This document shows positions 1-12,389 of a stretch of DNA of 41,738 nt, one piece after another. The position numbers and the translations under genes are program-made. The notes beneath the pieces were generated by a model. The model was not told where the DNA came from and did no database searches. It worked only from the letters and a program-made list of their open reading frames with translations. The DNA is from Basidiobolus meristosporus CBS 931.73 (Eukaryota; Fungi; Basidiobolomycota), in contig MCFE01000729.1 in the NCBI GenBank assembly GCA_002104905.1, forward strand, positions 1 through 41,738. Reading direction: 5' to 3'. The stretch's first letter is position 1; every line of letters starts with the position of its first letter.

Positions 1-2130
1 ATACTCATCCTATCTACTGACAACTCCTTTTGCATACTTGTGCAACATTTTTCAAATTATCTATTAAACCACTCAGTGACTCCTTTAATCTTGGGGTAAT
101 ATGCCAAGGTTTTCAAATCCTTGATATACTGTATTTCCAGATACACTTTCAATGTCTTTGCCATAAAGTTTGCTTCTTTATCAAATAAAATTGCTACAGT
201 GCATCCAAGTTTCATAAGGGTCTTGTTGTAGTTGATGCCTGCAACTTCTTTTTCACTGGCTACAGGCACAGCTTCAGCAATCAGCTATTAGTGTCATGGT
301 CAATTGCTACTACAATCCAATGGTTGCATTTCCTGATTATTTGCAGTCTTCCAATAAAGTCAATTCTCCATCTCTCAAATAATATTATAGGCTCTCAGGG
401 AGAGAGTTTGGCAATTCTCTGTAGTTGCCCCTGGTTAATTTGGCAATCTGGGGAGGCTTTCATTAGCTTCTCAATGACTTGTTTCATTCTGGGCTACCAT
501 GCCCTGGCTTTCACAAGGCTATAGGTTCCTTCAATTGCAAGATGTCCATATCCATTCTGTAGCTTATATATTAAATCCAGGCAAGAAACATAAGGGCAAT
601 AGGCAATAGGGCTTCTGTCAACAATTTGCCAGAGTGTTTCATGCTGTACTACCAATTTACTGGCTTCATCATGGAATCTCTTCTTGATATCTTCATCCAC
701 CTCATTAGGAATGACTTGGTCCTCCAAGTACTTTTCTAATAGGCTAGGCCAATCTGATTCATGCACCAATCTGATTTGTGCAACTTGTGCTAATCTTGAT
801 ATGGCATCAGCAACCATGTTGTTTTTTACAAGGCAGTAGACAACCTCCAAGTCAATTTGCTGAATGTATGCACTCCATCTTGTCATTCTTCTAGAGAGTG
901 CCTTCTGGGTAAATATATACTTTGAGAGGCATGTTCAGTCTTCACAGTGCATTTGACTCTTTCAAGATTGCATCTCCATGTCTTCAAACAGTGTATTATA
1001 GAAAGCATCTCCTTCTCATGCACTGGATAGTTTTGTTCTGATGAATTTAGCTTCTTGGATTCAAAGGCAACAGGGTAGTCCTTTCCATCATGTTCTTGAC
1101 TCAACACTCCACCAATTACATAATCTGAAGCATCTATGCACAAAGCAAACTCTTTTCTGAAGTTAGGTATTCCTAAGCATGGCAGCTTAGCAAGTTCATT
1201 ATTGAGCATCTTGAAGGCAGTCATACAAGCTATGTCCCACTTGTAGGTATTGTCTTTCCTGAGGATATCAGTTAAAGGGCCTGCAATACTTGCAAAGGAC
1301 TTGACAAATCCCCAATAATAGGAAACCATTCCAAGGAATGATATGAGCTCTGATATGCCATGGGGCTGCTTCAGATTCTTGATAACTTCAATCTTCTTAG
1401 GGTTGAAGGTTACTCCTGTGCTAGTCACTATGTGTCCCAGCTATTCAATGTGTTCCTTGAGCAATCCACACTGGGGTAGCTTGCCATTAAGCTTGTTCTC
1501 CCTTAGCTTCTTCAAGACCTTTTCAATGTCCACCAAGTGATCCTCTTCTGCCTTGCTGTATATCAACATATCATCTAGGTAGATTATGACAAACTGGTCT
1601 AAGTACTTCTGGATGACAGTTTGCATCAGGGTCATGAATGTTGCAGGGGCATTGGTGAGGCCAAGACTCATGAATAAGTATTTGTAATGTCCATATCTAG
1701 TCCTGAATGCTGTCTTAGGGATGTCTTCTGGTTTCACCCTAATCTGGTTGTATCCTGACATGAGGTCAATCTTCCTGAAAATAGTGGCTCCATTGAGTTG
1801 GTCCAAGAGCTCATCAATCCAAAGTATGGGGTACTTATTCATCACAGCAACTGAGTTGAGGGCTCTGTAGTCAATTAACATCCCAAGTGTTCCATCCTTC
1901 TTCTTCACAAAAAGTACTGGTGCTCCCCAAGGTGACTTGTTGGGTCTGCTGTATCCTTGCTCCAGTAACTGAACTATCTGTTTCTTCATCTCTTCCAACT
2001 CCAATGGACTCATTCTGTAAGGTGTCTTACTCACTGGAGGGCTATCTCCTGTTTCCATGGCATGATCCACATCTCTGACTGGTGGTAGGCTTTCAAGCTC
2101 TTCTGGAAATACATCTGAATACTCCTTCAA
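1..2130 (-). pseudogene. pol: G1 pol: RT (1441-2130), RT/RNase H (883-1428), RNase H end and integrase zinc finger (494-886), integrase core (1-490)
   Basis: Motifs SPWGAPVLFVKKKDG, IDYRALN, KTAFRTRYGHY, YLDDMLIYS, DASDY, VAFESKKL, ADAISR, GHLAIEGT and ERWRIDFIG, plus a degenerate AYYPKIKGVTEWFNR. Confidence 0.95.
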
Positions 2131-2136
2131 AAAAGT

Positions 2137-3617
2137 CTAGACCTTCTGGGGTACTGGAGTGGAGGAATCCTGCTGTAATACTCCCATGCGGAATATTTGG
2201 GTGCCTTTTCTTAGTGCTCTACAGAACTGTGTCTTGCTAAGTTCACTTGTCTCAAACAGACTGGAATTGACCAAGTTAAAATCCAGTCTGGCAGGTAATA
2301 GCTCAGAGGTCTTGGAGTCCTTCATGATCTGAGTAGCATGGGTTCTCCAGTTTATTGATAGATTACAACAAAATAGCCAGGTTTTCCCAAGTACAAGGTC
2401 AAACTTGCAGTTCCCAAATATATAGGCCTGTGGATCTTCTTCATAGGCATTGATCTTCATCCTTACTGGCTGAGTAATAGGGTTGATTATGTGAGAGTTC
2501 CCATCAGCTGTTGAGACTGAAGTTAATTTGGTGGGTTCCAAGTTGATTCTAGCTTTCAAAGTAAATTGCTCTGACATGTACTCATGCAATGCTCCTGAGT
2601 CAATTGTGATCTTGGCAGGTACTCCATTGATTACTCCTTTCATGTATAATAGCTTTCCTGAGTTTGAGATCATCTGGGATAGGTATTCTTCTGTCATGTG
2701 GAAGGTGAGTTCTGAGTCTTGTCCAAGTTCATACTCCATGTTACTATGCTCTATGACCTCAATATGGTTAAAGGTTCCTGACGGTTGGTGTCCATTTCTT
2801 CTCTGAGGGCAGTACTTTGCAATATGTCCCTGCTGGTGGCAATTGAAGCAAGGTCCTTTCTTCATACATTCTTCTGAGAAAGGATTCATCAGCATAGCAT
2901 CTATTTCCATTGACACTGCTTCTGATTGTCTTCTTTCATAGTGACCGTAGCCACACTGATTAGTCATTGTGGGCTTCCCAACTCCAAACATAGCTGAGTT
3001 AGAGTCAATGGCAATCTTATGGCTTCTTCAATAGTCTGAGGTCATATATAATTCACTTCCTTACAGGTTCTTTGTTTCAACCCATCAATAAAGTATTCAA
3101 CTTGATTGAGAGGGTCCATTCTTTCAATTTGCCCAGGTAGACATCTATATTCATGGATGTATTCTTGGACCAATCCTTTCTGTCTGAGTGTCTTCAACTT
3201 TCCTCCTAGTAGTGTCTGTTGGTGTAGAGGTTCAAAGGCATCCTGAATTTCCAACACAAACTCATCCCAGGTAGAGACTGTAGAGCATCACATCATGGTG
3301 GCTGACCTGATCTTGTTGTGGTACCATTGTAAAGTTGAATCTGCCAGGTAAGAGGCTGCATAATGTAGCTTGCTTTCTGGAGCAATTCCCTTAGCCTTGA
3401 AAGCTTCTTCAATTAGGGAGAGCCAAGTTCTCAGGTTTTCATTGACTCTACCATGGTACCAGTTGACCTTGACACTAAAGTTGTTCTTGACAGGGTTTTG
3501 ATGGATTTGGGCCATGGTAGTCATTCCTTGTTGCTGTTGGCTAAGGATCTGGAGTAACTGTTGCTGCTGGGCCAGGATTTGTTGCATAACATTCTTCCAT
3601 TCTGGATTTCTAGACAT
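2137..3617 (-). pseudogene. gag: G1 gag and aspartic protease, fragmented
   Basis: CCHC knuckle CFNCHQQGHIAKYC, protease IDSGA, retrotransposon-gag-like LRQKGLVQEYIHEY. N-terminus is a close paralogue of G2 gag at 13565. Confidence 0.9.
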
Positions 3618-3662
3618 CTTGATGGAGGCTTCTTCTTTCTTTAGGAGGGGTGTTTCTGGTTA

Positions 3663-3675
3663 TCTCTGCCACCAA
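3663..3675 (-). promoter_or_regulatory. G1 primer-binding site (TTGGTGGCAGAGA)
   Basis: Directly follows the LTR end and contains TGG complementary to tRNA CCA. G2 has TTGGTAGCAGCA at the same position. The tRNA species is not assigned. Confidence 0.75.
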
Positions 3676-4273
3676 TGTTACAAGGGTTAAAACTTAAAAT
3701 GGACGAACAAAGATCAAGGCAAAGATCAGATAGGATACAACAAGAGTTGAAAGGATTGGTCTGGACCTTTAACAAAAATTTAGAACAAAAACCTGACAAT
3801 GCCATCAGAGTCTTGCTGCAAGGCAGTCAAAATACTGTCAAGTTTCTTGCCATATAAGGCAATTGGATGTCCTAGCTTGCTGGATCAACTTAAGATAGTT
3901 ATAGTGTTACAGGTCTTGGTATGAGAGTTGTAGAGGAATAGGGAGTTTAGCTGGTATTGTATTCACTAAAACTTGAACTGATCTTTATTGAGATTCCAGC
4001 AGCTCCTTATATAAATTTTGCCAGATGAATTACTAACTAATTATATTTCCTAATGTAGGCTGTGGCTGATGACTCATTTGATTGCATCATTATCACCCAA
4101 TAAGATTGTATCTAATATATCTATTTCTGTCTGATAAGGATCTGCTGAATCATTTGCTGACTAATGCTACTGATCTGATAGATAATACTTATTTACTGAT
4201 AACCTAAGCATGTAACTAACTGATTTGACTAAAAACTGATCCAACTTGAACATTCAAGCAGCAGATTGTAACA
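3676..4273 (-). repeat. G1 5' LTR: 369 bp core (3905-4273) plus a 229 bp extension (3676-3904)
   Basis: TG..CA inverted termini. Core aligns with the G2 LTR (13150-13506) and contains TATAAG and AATAAA on the minus strand. Confidence 0.85.
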
Positions 4274-4543
4274 GTATTTCCTTATTATGGTGCAGCTATT
4301 ACTTGGAATTGCCAGAAACAATAAACTGTGACCCTATCTACAACTGAAGCTGAGTATACGGCTGCTTGTCAAGCAATTAAGGAGGCTATATGGCTACAAG
4401 AATAATTCAAGGGCTTAGACTTTAATTTAAATGAACCAATATGTAATTATATGGATATTCAAAGTTGTTTTTCACTAGCTAGGAATTTACTTAATATGCC
4501 AGAACTAAGCACATAGATATACCACAATACCTTGAGTGGGAAG

Positions 4544-4893
4544 TGTTAATATATTGGAGATATATATTGGAAGTGAATTGGAGAATTATAAGATTTACAT
4601 GATATTCACGGGATGTTCTATTGAGTTGCAACACAGTATTTATACTTATTGCAAGACTACGTAAATGTGACTATTTGGTCATTATTAGGGGAGTCTCAGG
4701 AGTACATGTGCCAAGTTTCAGCTCATTTGGACAAGTTTCAGATTTTCCTAAAATTCTGTACTTCTCTAATTCCTAATAATTAGTAAATATCTTACAAACT
4801 AATTTCCATGTTGATAATCTGAAATATATCATTTCACTAAGTGCTAGTTCATAATATATTAATAATTAGGTAGACTCCTAATTATTTCAACAC
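4544..4893 (-). repeat. 3' LTR of the non-autonomous copia derivative
   Basis: Direct repeat of 7495-7843, adjacent to the PPT. Confidence 0.95.
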
Positions 4894-7494
4894 TCCCACT
4901 AACATAATATATTCATATACTTATGAACTTGCTGTGGTGTTGTGTATCTTGCGGTTGAAATTAAACCTGCAATTAACCATCTAACCTATTAGACTAATGT
5001 ATTCTCCAATATATGTTAAGGATTGCATATTGTCTGTAATAATTAAGTATAAGTCCATACTGTTAATTACATACTTCAGATCAAATTGCTTTGAGTCTGA
5101 ACTCTGATCTCATCACAAATATCTATGAATGAGTATCATCAATTTGATCAGGGTAAACCTTTTCAGATACTGATCAAATCCCGGCATAGTTTATATCATC
5201 AGAGAGCTGCATTCTCAGGCTTTCTGCTGTTTCTTATTTGAGTAAAATTGGTCAGTAATTGGTGAAGTTAGGAAGTAGTCTTCTCTCAATTAGATCTGGA
5301 TCATCCACAGTTCCGGTCTATAGTCTAACTCACTGAGACTATCCTCCATATATCCATAACTGGATCTGGATAGTAACTTTCCTCATATACTCCATATATG
5401 ATCTGCTGAGACCAACAATTGATCAGCATTGTGGTTGCCTTATTCTTTACCGCTTGACCAAGTATTTCCTCTTCTGGACTAGTGCCTTCAATGGTATCTA
5501 GCCTAGCTTTTCTTCATTCCTGATCTGGGATATTGTACTCCCACTGAAACTACATCTTCTGGTGCTTCCTGCCTTCTAAAACTGACGGAGATAGATCATA
5601 TATATCCTTCTGATCTAGGCATAACTTTCTTGGACTGATATCACTGTTACGGTATTCAGATCTTCCCTTTGCATCTTCATAGACTTAATTTGGTATCACA
5701 GCATACCACAGCTTGATTGGCAGTTAACCATAGAGGCCTAATCCTAAACACAATAGATATGGTCTCATATGTACTATTGCGCTTGAACAATACAACCTGA
5801 TCTGGCACTTTCCAGTTGCGTAAATATACCATAATGGCTCTGATAAGCCACTGTTACTTCTGATAGAACTTTCCAGCATAGAGCTTGGTTGACAGTGCAA
5901 ATAGACAAGTCCATGATCTTCTGGACCCATTATTACCCTTAGGTTGGACCTTGGTACCACTTCTCTAGCCTCCACTGCCAGTAAGTTGACTTCATTGTTC
6001 ACCATAATTGTGATGTTGCCTCTGATTACATAGGTTCTCTTGGACTGCCCTGCTGCTTTCCTTAGCAACAATGCTCCACTATCCTTGTGTGGTAGGATTA
6101 CTGGATCATATCTAGTGTGCTAGATAGTCCAAATCTGGCCTAGGTATCACCTAACTCCATTTAGAAACTGGCAACTTATTGGCAGTAGGTTTTTGTTCCA
6201 TATCTGGTCTTAAAGATGCTGGTTGCTGGAATTTCCTTATTGATCTAGATCTGAACCATACAGGTAGCATATCCACGGTTTGTTAGATCTCCCAGAGTGA
6301 TCAGGAATCTCCTGTCCTTAAAACATATCTATTCTGAGATGTTTCAACCAAATCGGTCATCCATTTGGATCTGGCATAACTTTTCACAGGCTTGATCAAA
6401 TTTGATCAAATAAACTTCCTTAAAAGGCCATTTCTCTCACCATCTTGGTGGCAAATATGATCATTGCAGTTTGGCCGGTAGCTGGGAGCTGTAGGTAACT
6501 TGATCTGATCAAAATAGCATGGTTAACATCTGATCCATGTTAATATAAATGATCCTTCATCACTGTATGTATGTGATATATGTACTAGTGTAGGGCAACT
6601 AGTACACTCGTTGATAGTACTTCATGCATATTCTATAGTGTATATAGAGACTATATGCATATGCTTTGGTCAAAGTCTCCGGTAGCACTTTTCTTGATGG
6701 CGGTAGAAATTCCATGCTTCAACATATATGGATGTATCTCCTCCCACTGTATGTAATACTTGATGTAGACATGTAGCTTGTCTAATAAGTGTCTCACAGA
6801 GCCCCAGGATCATTGGTACTGGAAATAGTACCACTGATATATCATGCGTACCACTCCTAAGTTGGCATATCTGAGATCATTGATCTTTGGCCAAATAAAT
6901 AGGTATTATATATCATTTTGATCCTCAGAGTTTGGGCAAGCTGATCCATACATCTGTTGGCAAATTCAGCTCCAAACCAGGGCAGCAGGTGGCATCAAAG
7001 TGTTTGCGCATCATTTCATTTGAGGTAACTACAGACTTATGTAAATTCACTGCAGCAATGTGGGCACTTCATCAACTGAAGTAGTCTAATCCAAATCTAG
7101 GTATATGTGGATATTCAATATAGATCCATCATGTGGTGATAATAAGGATCATAGCATTAATACATATATCATGTAAGATGCCCCTTATTGATCTTGACTC
7201 CTTGCTGGGATTACGCATTTTCTCAAAGCTTCATCCTTCTGCATATTCCATAACTTTTGAAATTTGTCCAACATGATCTCCTTGACATATGACCTTTTTC
7301 TTTGCTTAGTGTCTTCTTTAAGGGCAAAGGCCTCTCTCTCCAAAACAATATATCCCATCTAGCAGTTCTTTGCAGCGGCAGTACTTATCTATCTTTTGTA
7401 ACTTCAGGTAAACCAGGCGGTCTTTCTCCAGATTAAGACACAGCACTAGAGCAAAGTAGACAACCAAGATAAAGCAAGCTTGGGGCTCATAACC

Positions 7495-7843
7495 TGTTGA
7501 AATATTAGAGAGATATATTGGAAGTGAATTGGAGAGTTATAAGATTTACATGATATTCACGGGATGTTCTATTGAGTTGCAACACAGTATTTATACTTAT
7601 TGCAAAACTACGTAAATGTGACTATTTGGTCATTATTAGGGGAGTCTCAGGAGTACATGTGCCAAGTTTCAGCTCATTTGGACAAGTTTCAGATTTTCCT
7701 AAAATTCTGTACTTCTCTAATTCCTAATAATTAGTAAATATCTTACAAACTAATTTCCATGTTGATAGTCTGAAATATATCATTTCACTTAGTGCTAGTT
7801 CATGATATACTAATAATTAGGTGGACTCCTAGTTATTTCAACA
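7495..7843 (-). repeat. 5' LTR of the non-autonomous copia derivative
   Basis: TGTTGAAAT..ATTTCAACA termini, followed by the PBS on the minus strand. Confidence 0.95.
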
Positions 7844-7990
7844 GGAAGCTGCACAAAATAACTTAGTAGAGTTAGTATACTGTCCAACAGACAAAATGGT
7901 GGCAGATATATTAGCAAACCATTATCTAGGCCACAATTTGAGAATCTCAGAAAAGAATTAGGACTAAGAAGTAATTTGGCTGAGGGAGAG

Positions 7991-8352
7991 TGTTGAAATA
8001 TTGGAATATTTGATATCATTCAGCAGTTAAAATTTACTTAGCAATTCTGTTTTGGTCACTGTAGAACTACCCTACAGCCCTAGCTTTGCCACTTTCCTTA
8101 GATCTATGATGCTATGATTATTCCCCTTTGGTCAAGATCAAAACAGCACTTTAACCAAGCATTATATACTTACCTTGAAACTGTTACAGAATGCTGCTGA
8201 GTGTTGAGAAGCTCTCCTTACTTGGTGATTGAGTTGTATTACTTCTACAAAGGTAGAAATACTGAGCTTCCTTATGAATGAATATTAGTTCAACTGTTGC
8301 CACTATTTCTTGATAAGCTCCTTATATCTGAGTCACCTCTTAAATTGCAACA
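7991..8352 (+). repeat. 3' LTR of the old host copia
   Basis: Preceded by PPT GAGGGAGAG (7982-7990). Starts TGTTGAAAT. The putative end ATTGCAACA is an 8/9 inverted match. No partner LTR is in the window. Confidence 0.65.
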
Positions 8353-8367
8353 GATTGAATACAATAT

Positions 8368-10050
8368 ATGAAGGAAGAGAGACCATGTGCCCATTGTGGC
8401 AAGCCTCTGAGCCAGGAAGGATGCAGAGGGCATAGGAAGTATTATTTAGATCATGGCCAGTATCTTACTATAGAAGTTAGATTTGAGCATTCATCAGTCA
8501 ATGGTGTACCAGCAATACTTTTCCAGCCCTGGATAATTCTATACAGGTGCCCTGTTGTACTTGTCACCATGTTCAAACACATGTGGTTGAGTTGCTCACA
8601 CCTATGCCTCCTGAATATGACCAACTGAGTGATAGCTCTGACAAAGAAGACTCACAGATGGATTGTGAGCCTATCTCCCCTCACAACAATACACTTCAGG
8701 AGCTAAGCAAAATCCCAATTTACAATCAGGTAACACCAATGGAAAAAATGCCAAGGATACTTGATGAAGTCAAGTGATCCTAATAGTCAATTTAATTCTG
8801 AAGTATGCTATCTGGTGGCTAGAGAGGTGGCATTCTTCCCTCAATATCAGTAATGGGAGCTTTTAGTATACACCGCTACTTCTTTCAAGAGCCATTCTGA
8901 GATGCAAATTTCCATGTACTTACCACAAATGGCATATCATTATGCAGCTGGCAACATTCAACAACAAAACCATCCTGTTACAAGCATGTCTTAGCATTTT
9001 CATGAGTTTCAGAACAGAATATGCCACCATTGCAAGGTGTCCAACTTGTCAGGAATCCACCATCACATGTGAAAAGCATTGCTCACACTCTGAGTATATC
9101 CCAGTAACACCCTGTCTAAAGAAACTTATGCAGACTGGCAGATATTGTGATGCTATGACAAACTGCACTCAGTATCAATCAAGCGCAAACATTTGCAATA
9201 TATCAGATGACAAACATTACAAATGATTCAGAAGCAAAGACTACATCTAAAGTACATGTAACCATGCCTTTGCCTTGACATTTGACAACCTTTTGTTGAA
9301 CAGATACTCTGCCTGCAAATCCTGCTGACTACTGTTCCCCATCAACATAGAGCTGTTGGCAATCTTGCAGTATTAGAGCAGATATCTGTTGGTGATTGCA
9401 TTGATATCTGGACCTATATCACTATCCAACATGCCTACCTGACTGAATTCATTGCTGTATGAACACTGCTTGCTTTCAAGTGGAACATTAATAAATGGCC
9501 ATCATATAAAAGTACACATCATTTTTGATGTTTGATATAACTTAGCCATCAGCAAGATAGCTGGCTTTTCTGGGCACAATGGGTGGGTAAATATCAAAGA
9601 GTATCTGCTCCTTAGGTGCTACACACAAGCTCCAATCAATATGTTTACATACATGCAACAATACAGTTGTAAGGACTGGTTGAACTGGATATACATTCAT
9701 TCATGTAAGTGTCTGAAGCCATTTCTGTCAGGAGTACATAGTATTCACTGGAAGTTATATGTTGATATTGCAGGAATATTTTTCCAGAAGCATATAACCA
9801 ATGTAAACTTGATGCATCTGCAGCATTTACACAAGGAGTTTGTGACAGGCTATGAGTTGCTACCTAATGAAAAATAATTTGATCTTACTGGTGTATCCTA
9901 TTGGGATCAGCCATCAGTATTCCATAATGAGTCCTTCATAATGCCAACACCTTGGAGTTATTGACCCTCCACACATTCCTGCGACTGAATTGTGATAGTG
10001 TTATCCCAATGTTACTACCAATTAAAGTTAAATATTTGACAGTATTTAAG
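8368..10050 (+). mobile_element. Decayed CACTA/En-Spm-like (Transposase_21-type) DNA transposase relic, internally deleted
   Basis: N-terminal CAHC..CRGH, then CPTCQE..EYIPVTPCLKKLM..ISDDKHYK, AFALTFD, SC*LLFPIN, GHNG and WLNWIYIHS..LKPFL..HWKLYV. This order matches fungal CACTA transposases. No terminal inverted repeats found. Confidence 0.6.
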
Positions 10051-10849
10051 TGGTCTGTTGACAAGAATTACATGCCCTTCTGAGGTCTGAATGTACCCTA
10101 CATTTATTTGAACAGACCTCACCATCCAGTACATCCAATTACCTTATATGGCAAGAAACCTGATAATGCTCCAACAGTCCCATTGCAAATCTTTGCTAGA
10201 ACTATAAAGGCAGTGTGGTGGCCTCCAGCTAGTTTTGCAAAATGCTGCCATCCTAATATACCAAGTGGTATTTTCAATCTCTATCTTCCCTAGTGCCATA
10301 CATATTATTCCTCTGTAGGCACCCCTTGCTATCTGCTAACCCACTACTACCTTGAGTATTCCACATATAGTTTGTGTCAAATAAAACTATGGTTTCTGTT
10401 TACTAACCACTACATACCCTCTCACCCACTGCAACTGAAATACTTCTACCCCCTCAACTTTGCAGCTTTTTAGTGTGATGCTTGCAAAGTTGCCATATTC
10501 CTTGCCTGGCTGGTGTTAAATACATCTTGCAAACATACAGTTGGTGGCTGCCACTTTGCCATATCTGCCTTCTGAATATCTAAAATGAGCTTCTTTGTAA
10601 TTAGCCTACATATTCTATTTCCCTGCAGGATCCTACTCCCCATTATAGATGTGCTCGGGCTCATGATTTAGTGAATTCTATACTGAATGGTGTAGAAACC
10701 GGCCTGTGACCAAGTGAAACCCAAAATACTTTGGAAAAGTTGTCCTGGTAATAATGGGTTACTTGTTGCACACAGCCAAACTTTGCATTAATTAATTGAT
10801 TGCCTATGTAATGGGGCTACTGAGCTTCTCAATGACAAAGGCATAGGTA

Positions 10850-11650
10850 TCTCAATGTGCACATTTGTCCTCAGTATTTTCCAACTCTTCCTGGCTTTTC
10901 TGTGTGTGCCAATTCATTGCATCAATGACAGACTTGAAGTTGATATTCTTGCTAAGATTGGGTTATTATAGTACCTGCAACTTGACTTGTCTTCCTATTT
11001 CCCCACATATGTGCTCCAAAGGAAGCTTCTAAAAGGTGAAGCAAGGACCAATATTCTCCATACACCAAGCAAAACAAAGTAGAGAATGGATATGGTATTG
11101 GCCAAGTTCTATGCATTCAGCTTTATGCTGTAGTATAGCCACTCATATCCTCTCACAGACTCCTTGCATAAAAGCTGTAGATGTGCTAAGTTGTCATTAG
11201 CAATCCACTTCTGCATAAACACTCCTACAATGTCAACCTATGACTCCAAATGCTTCCAATGCTTTTTAGTAGATATAGGCTTGAGAAGGCTACTTAAATA
11301 AGCATATATCCAGTTCATCCAGTCCTTGCATTTTAATTGTTATGTATGCATATGAATAATGATTGGAGCCTGTGAGAAGTACTTTGGGTAGTAGATACTC
11401 TGAAGTATCTTCCCAATTCTTCCATATTTATAAGATATCTCAGAGGGCCTTTTGAGCTTGAAATGCCCCATGTAGAACTTGGTCATTATAATAAGTGATA
11501 TTGTTGAAAAGCAAATGCATTACTCCCAGTGAAAAGCTTTTGCTTCAATTAATAACCTCTACCTTAGAGTATCTCCAGTTTCCAATTAATTCAATACTCC
11601 AGCCAATGGCCTAAAGCTTGCCCACCAAAAAACTAAGTCAAAGATTTTCA
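10850..11650 (-). mobile_element. Second CACTA-like transposase relic (C-terminal half), opposite orientation
   Basis: Minus strand gives VMHLLFNNI, DWMNWIYAYL and ENIGPCFTF*KLPLEHICGEIGRQVK. DNA at 11100-11410 (reverse complement) aligns with 9590-9860. Confidence 0.65.
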
Positions 11651-12389
11651 TCACAACAATATATAAGTTGCTTTTTGATTAGTCATGTGCCAATTTACTC
11701 ACTTTCAGATACTGGACACTCAATAACCTCCTATGCTTATGTACATTGATTGACTTTTGCCTCTTTTTCATACCCCTTACTTCCTGACATAACCAGTTCT
11801 CTTACTTTTCAGTGATGCAAGTTGATTTATTTCTATTGAAAATTTAGTTGTGCCTCAATTGTCAATCTTAATGGCTTATACAAGTCCCTATACCCAAAAC
11901 TGATATTAAGTTCATCCCTACACCCAACAGGTAGCTCCATCAAAATCCACATTCAACCAGTATTTTTGCTTCAAAACCTTTTCTTTAACTCTGGCAGAAA
12001 CCCTGCAGTTTTATGTCACTCTTGCTTCACTGATTCCAATAAGCCTGGTCTTCAGCCAGCATTGCAAGATCTAGCACCTCATCTGCTAGTCTTTGCAATA
12101 AGATCTTGCAATATTCAAGTGAGTTTTCTTGAGCTCTACTCTTAATGTAGTGTTGCAACTTCTTGATCTGCCTATTAATGTTCTACAATTTGACTGTATG
12201 TATTGTGATAGTCTTTTGAATTCTTGCAGTTGCTACTTTGTTAGTCATTGGGACTTCTAATCTGGTTACAATGGAGGATATGGAGGCAGTGGTAGACAAA
12301 CTGCTTTTCTCAGCATACTCAACTACCTCAGTGGAGTGTTACTCAACCTGCTGCAATTCCAACTCCTGAGAAAGCAGCTTTTGTCTTGA

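Larger units (their letters stand above)
1..4273 (-). mobile_element. Ty3/gypsy LTR retrotransposon G1 (5' LTR, PBS, gag, pol); 3' end lies left of the window; decayed
   Basis: Domain order on minus strand is gag, zinc knuckle, protease, RT, RNase H, integrase. LTR has TGTTACA...TGTAACA termini followed by a TGG-starting PBS. Multiple stops and frameshifts. Confidence 0.95.
4544..7843 (-). mobile_element. Non-autonomous copia-derived LTR element (LARD-like), 3.3 kb
   Basis: LTRs at 4544-4893 and 7495-7843 are about 96% identical. 5 bp target duplication GGAAG (4539-4543, 7844-7848), PBS GGTTATGAGCCC (7483-7494), PPT AGTGGGAG (4894-4901). The 2.6 kb interior has no gag-pol ORF. Confidence 0.9.
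4274..7985 (+). pseudogene. pol: Old Ty1/copia RNase H C-terminus, split into 4274-4543 and 7849-7985 by an insertion
   Basis: Translates as GAAITWNCQKQ*TVTLSTTEAEYTAACQAIKEAIWL...ARTKHID, then after the insert NNLVELVYCPTDKMVADIL..KPLSRPQFENLRKELGL. Confidence 0.9.

Noticed and set aside
3500-3600. Poly-glutamine tract as a host regulatory protein
   Set aside because: It is the N-terminus of G1/G2 gag, directly downstream of the LTR and PBS.
5724-6071. 115 aa ORF as novel cargo gene of the non-autonomous element
   Set aside because: No recognisable motif, and its length is compatible with chance in decayed pol-derived DNA. It would need conservation across copies.
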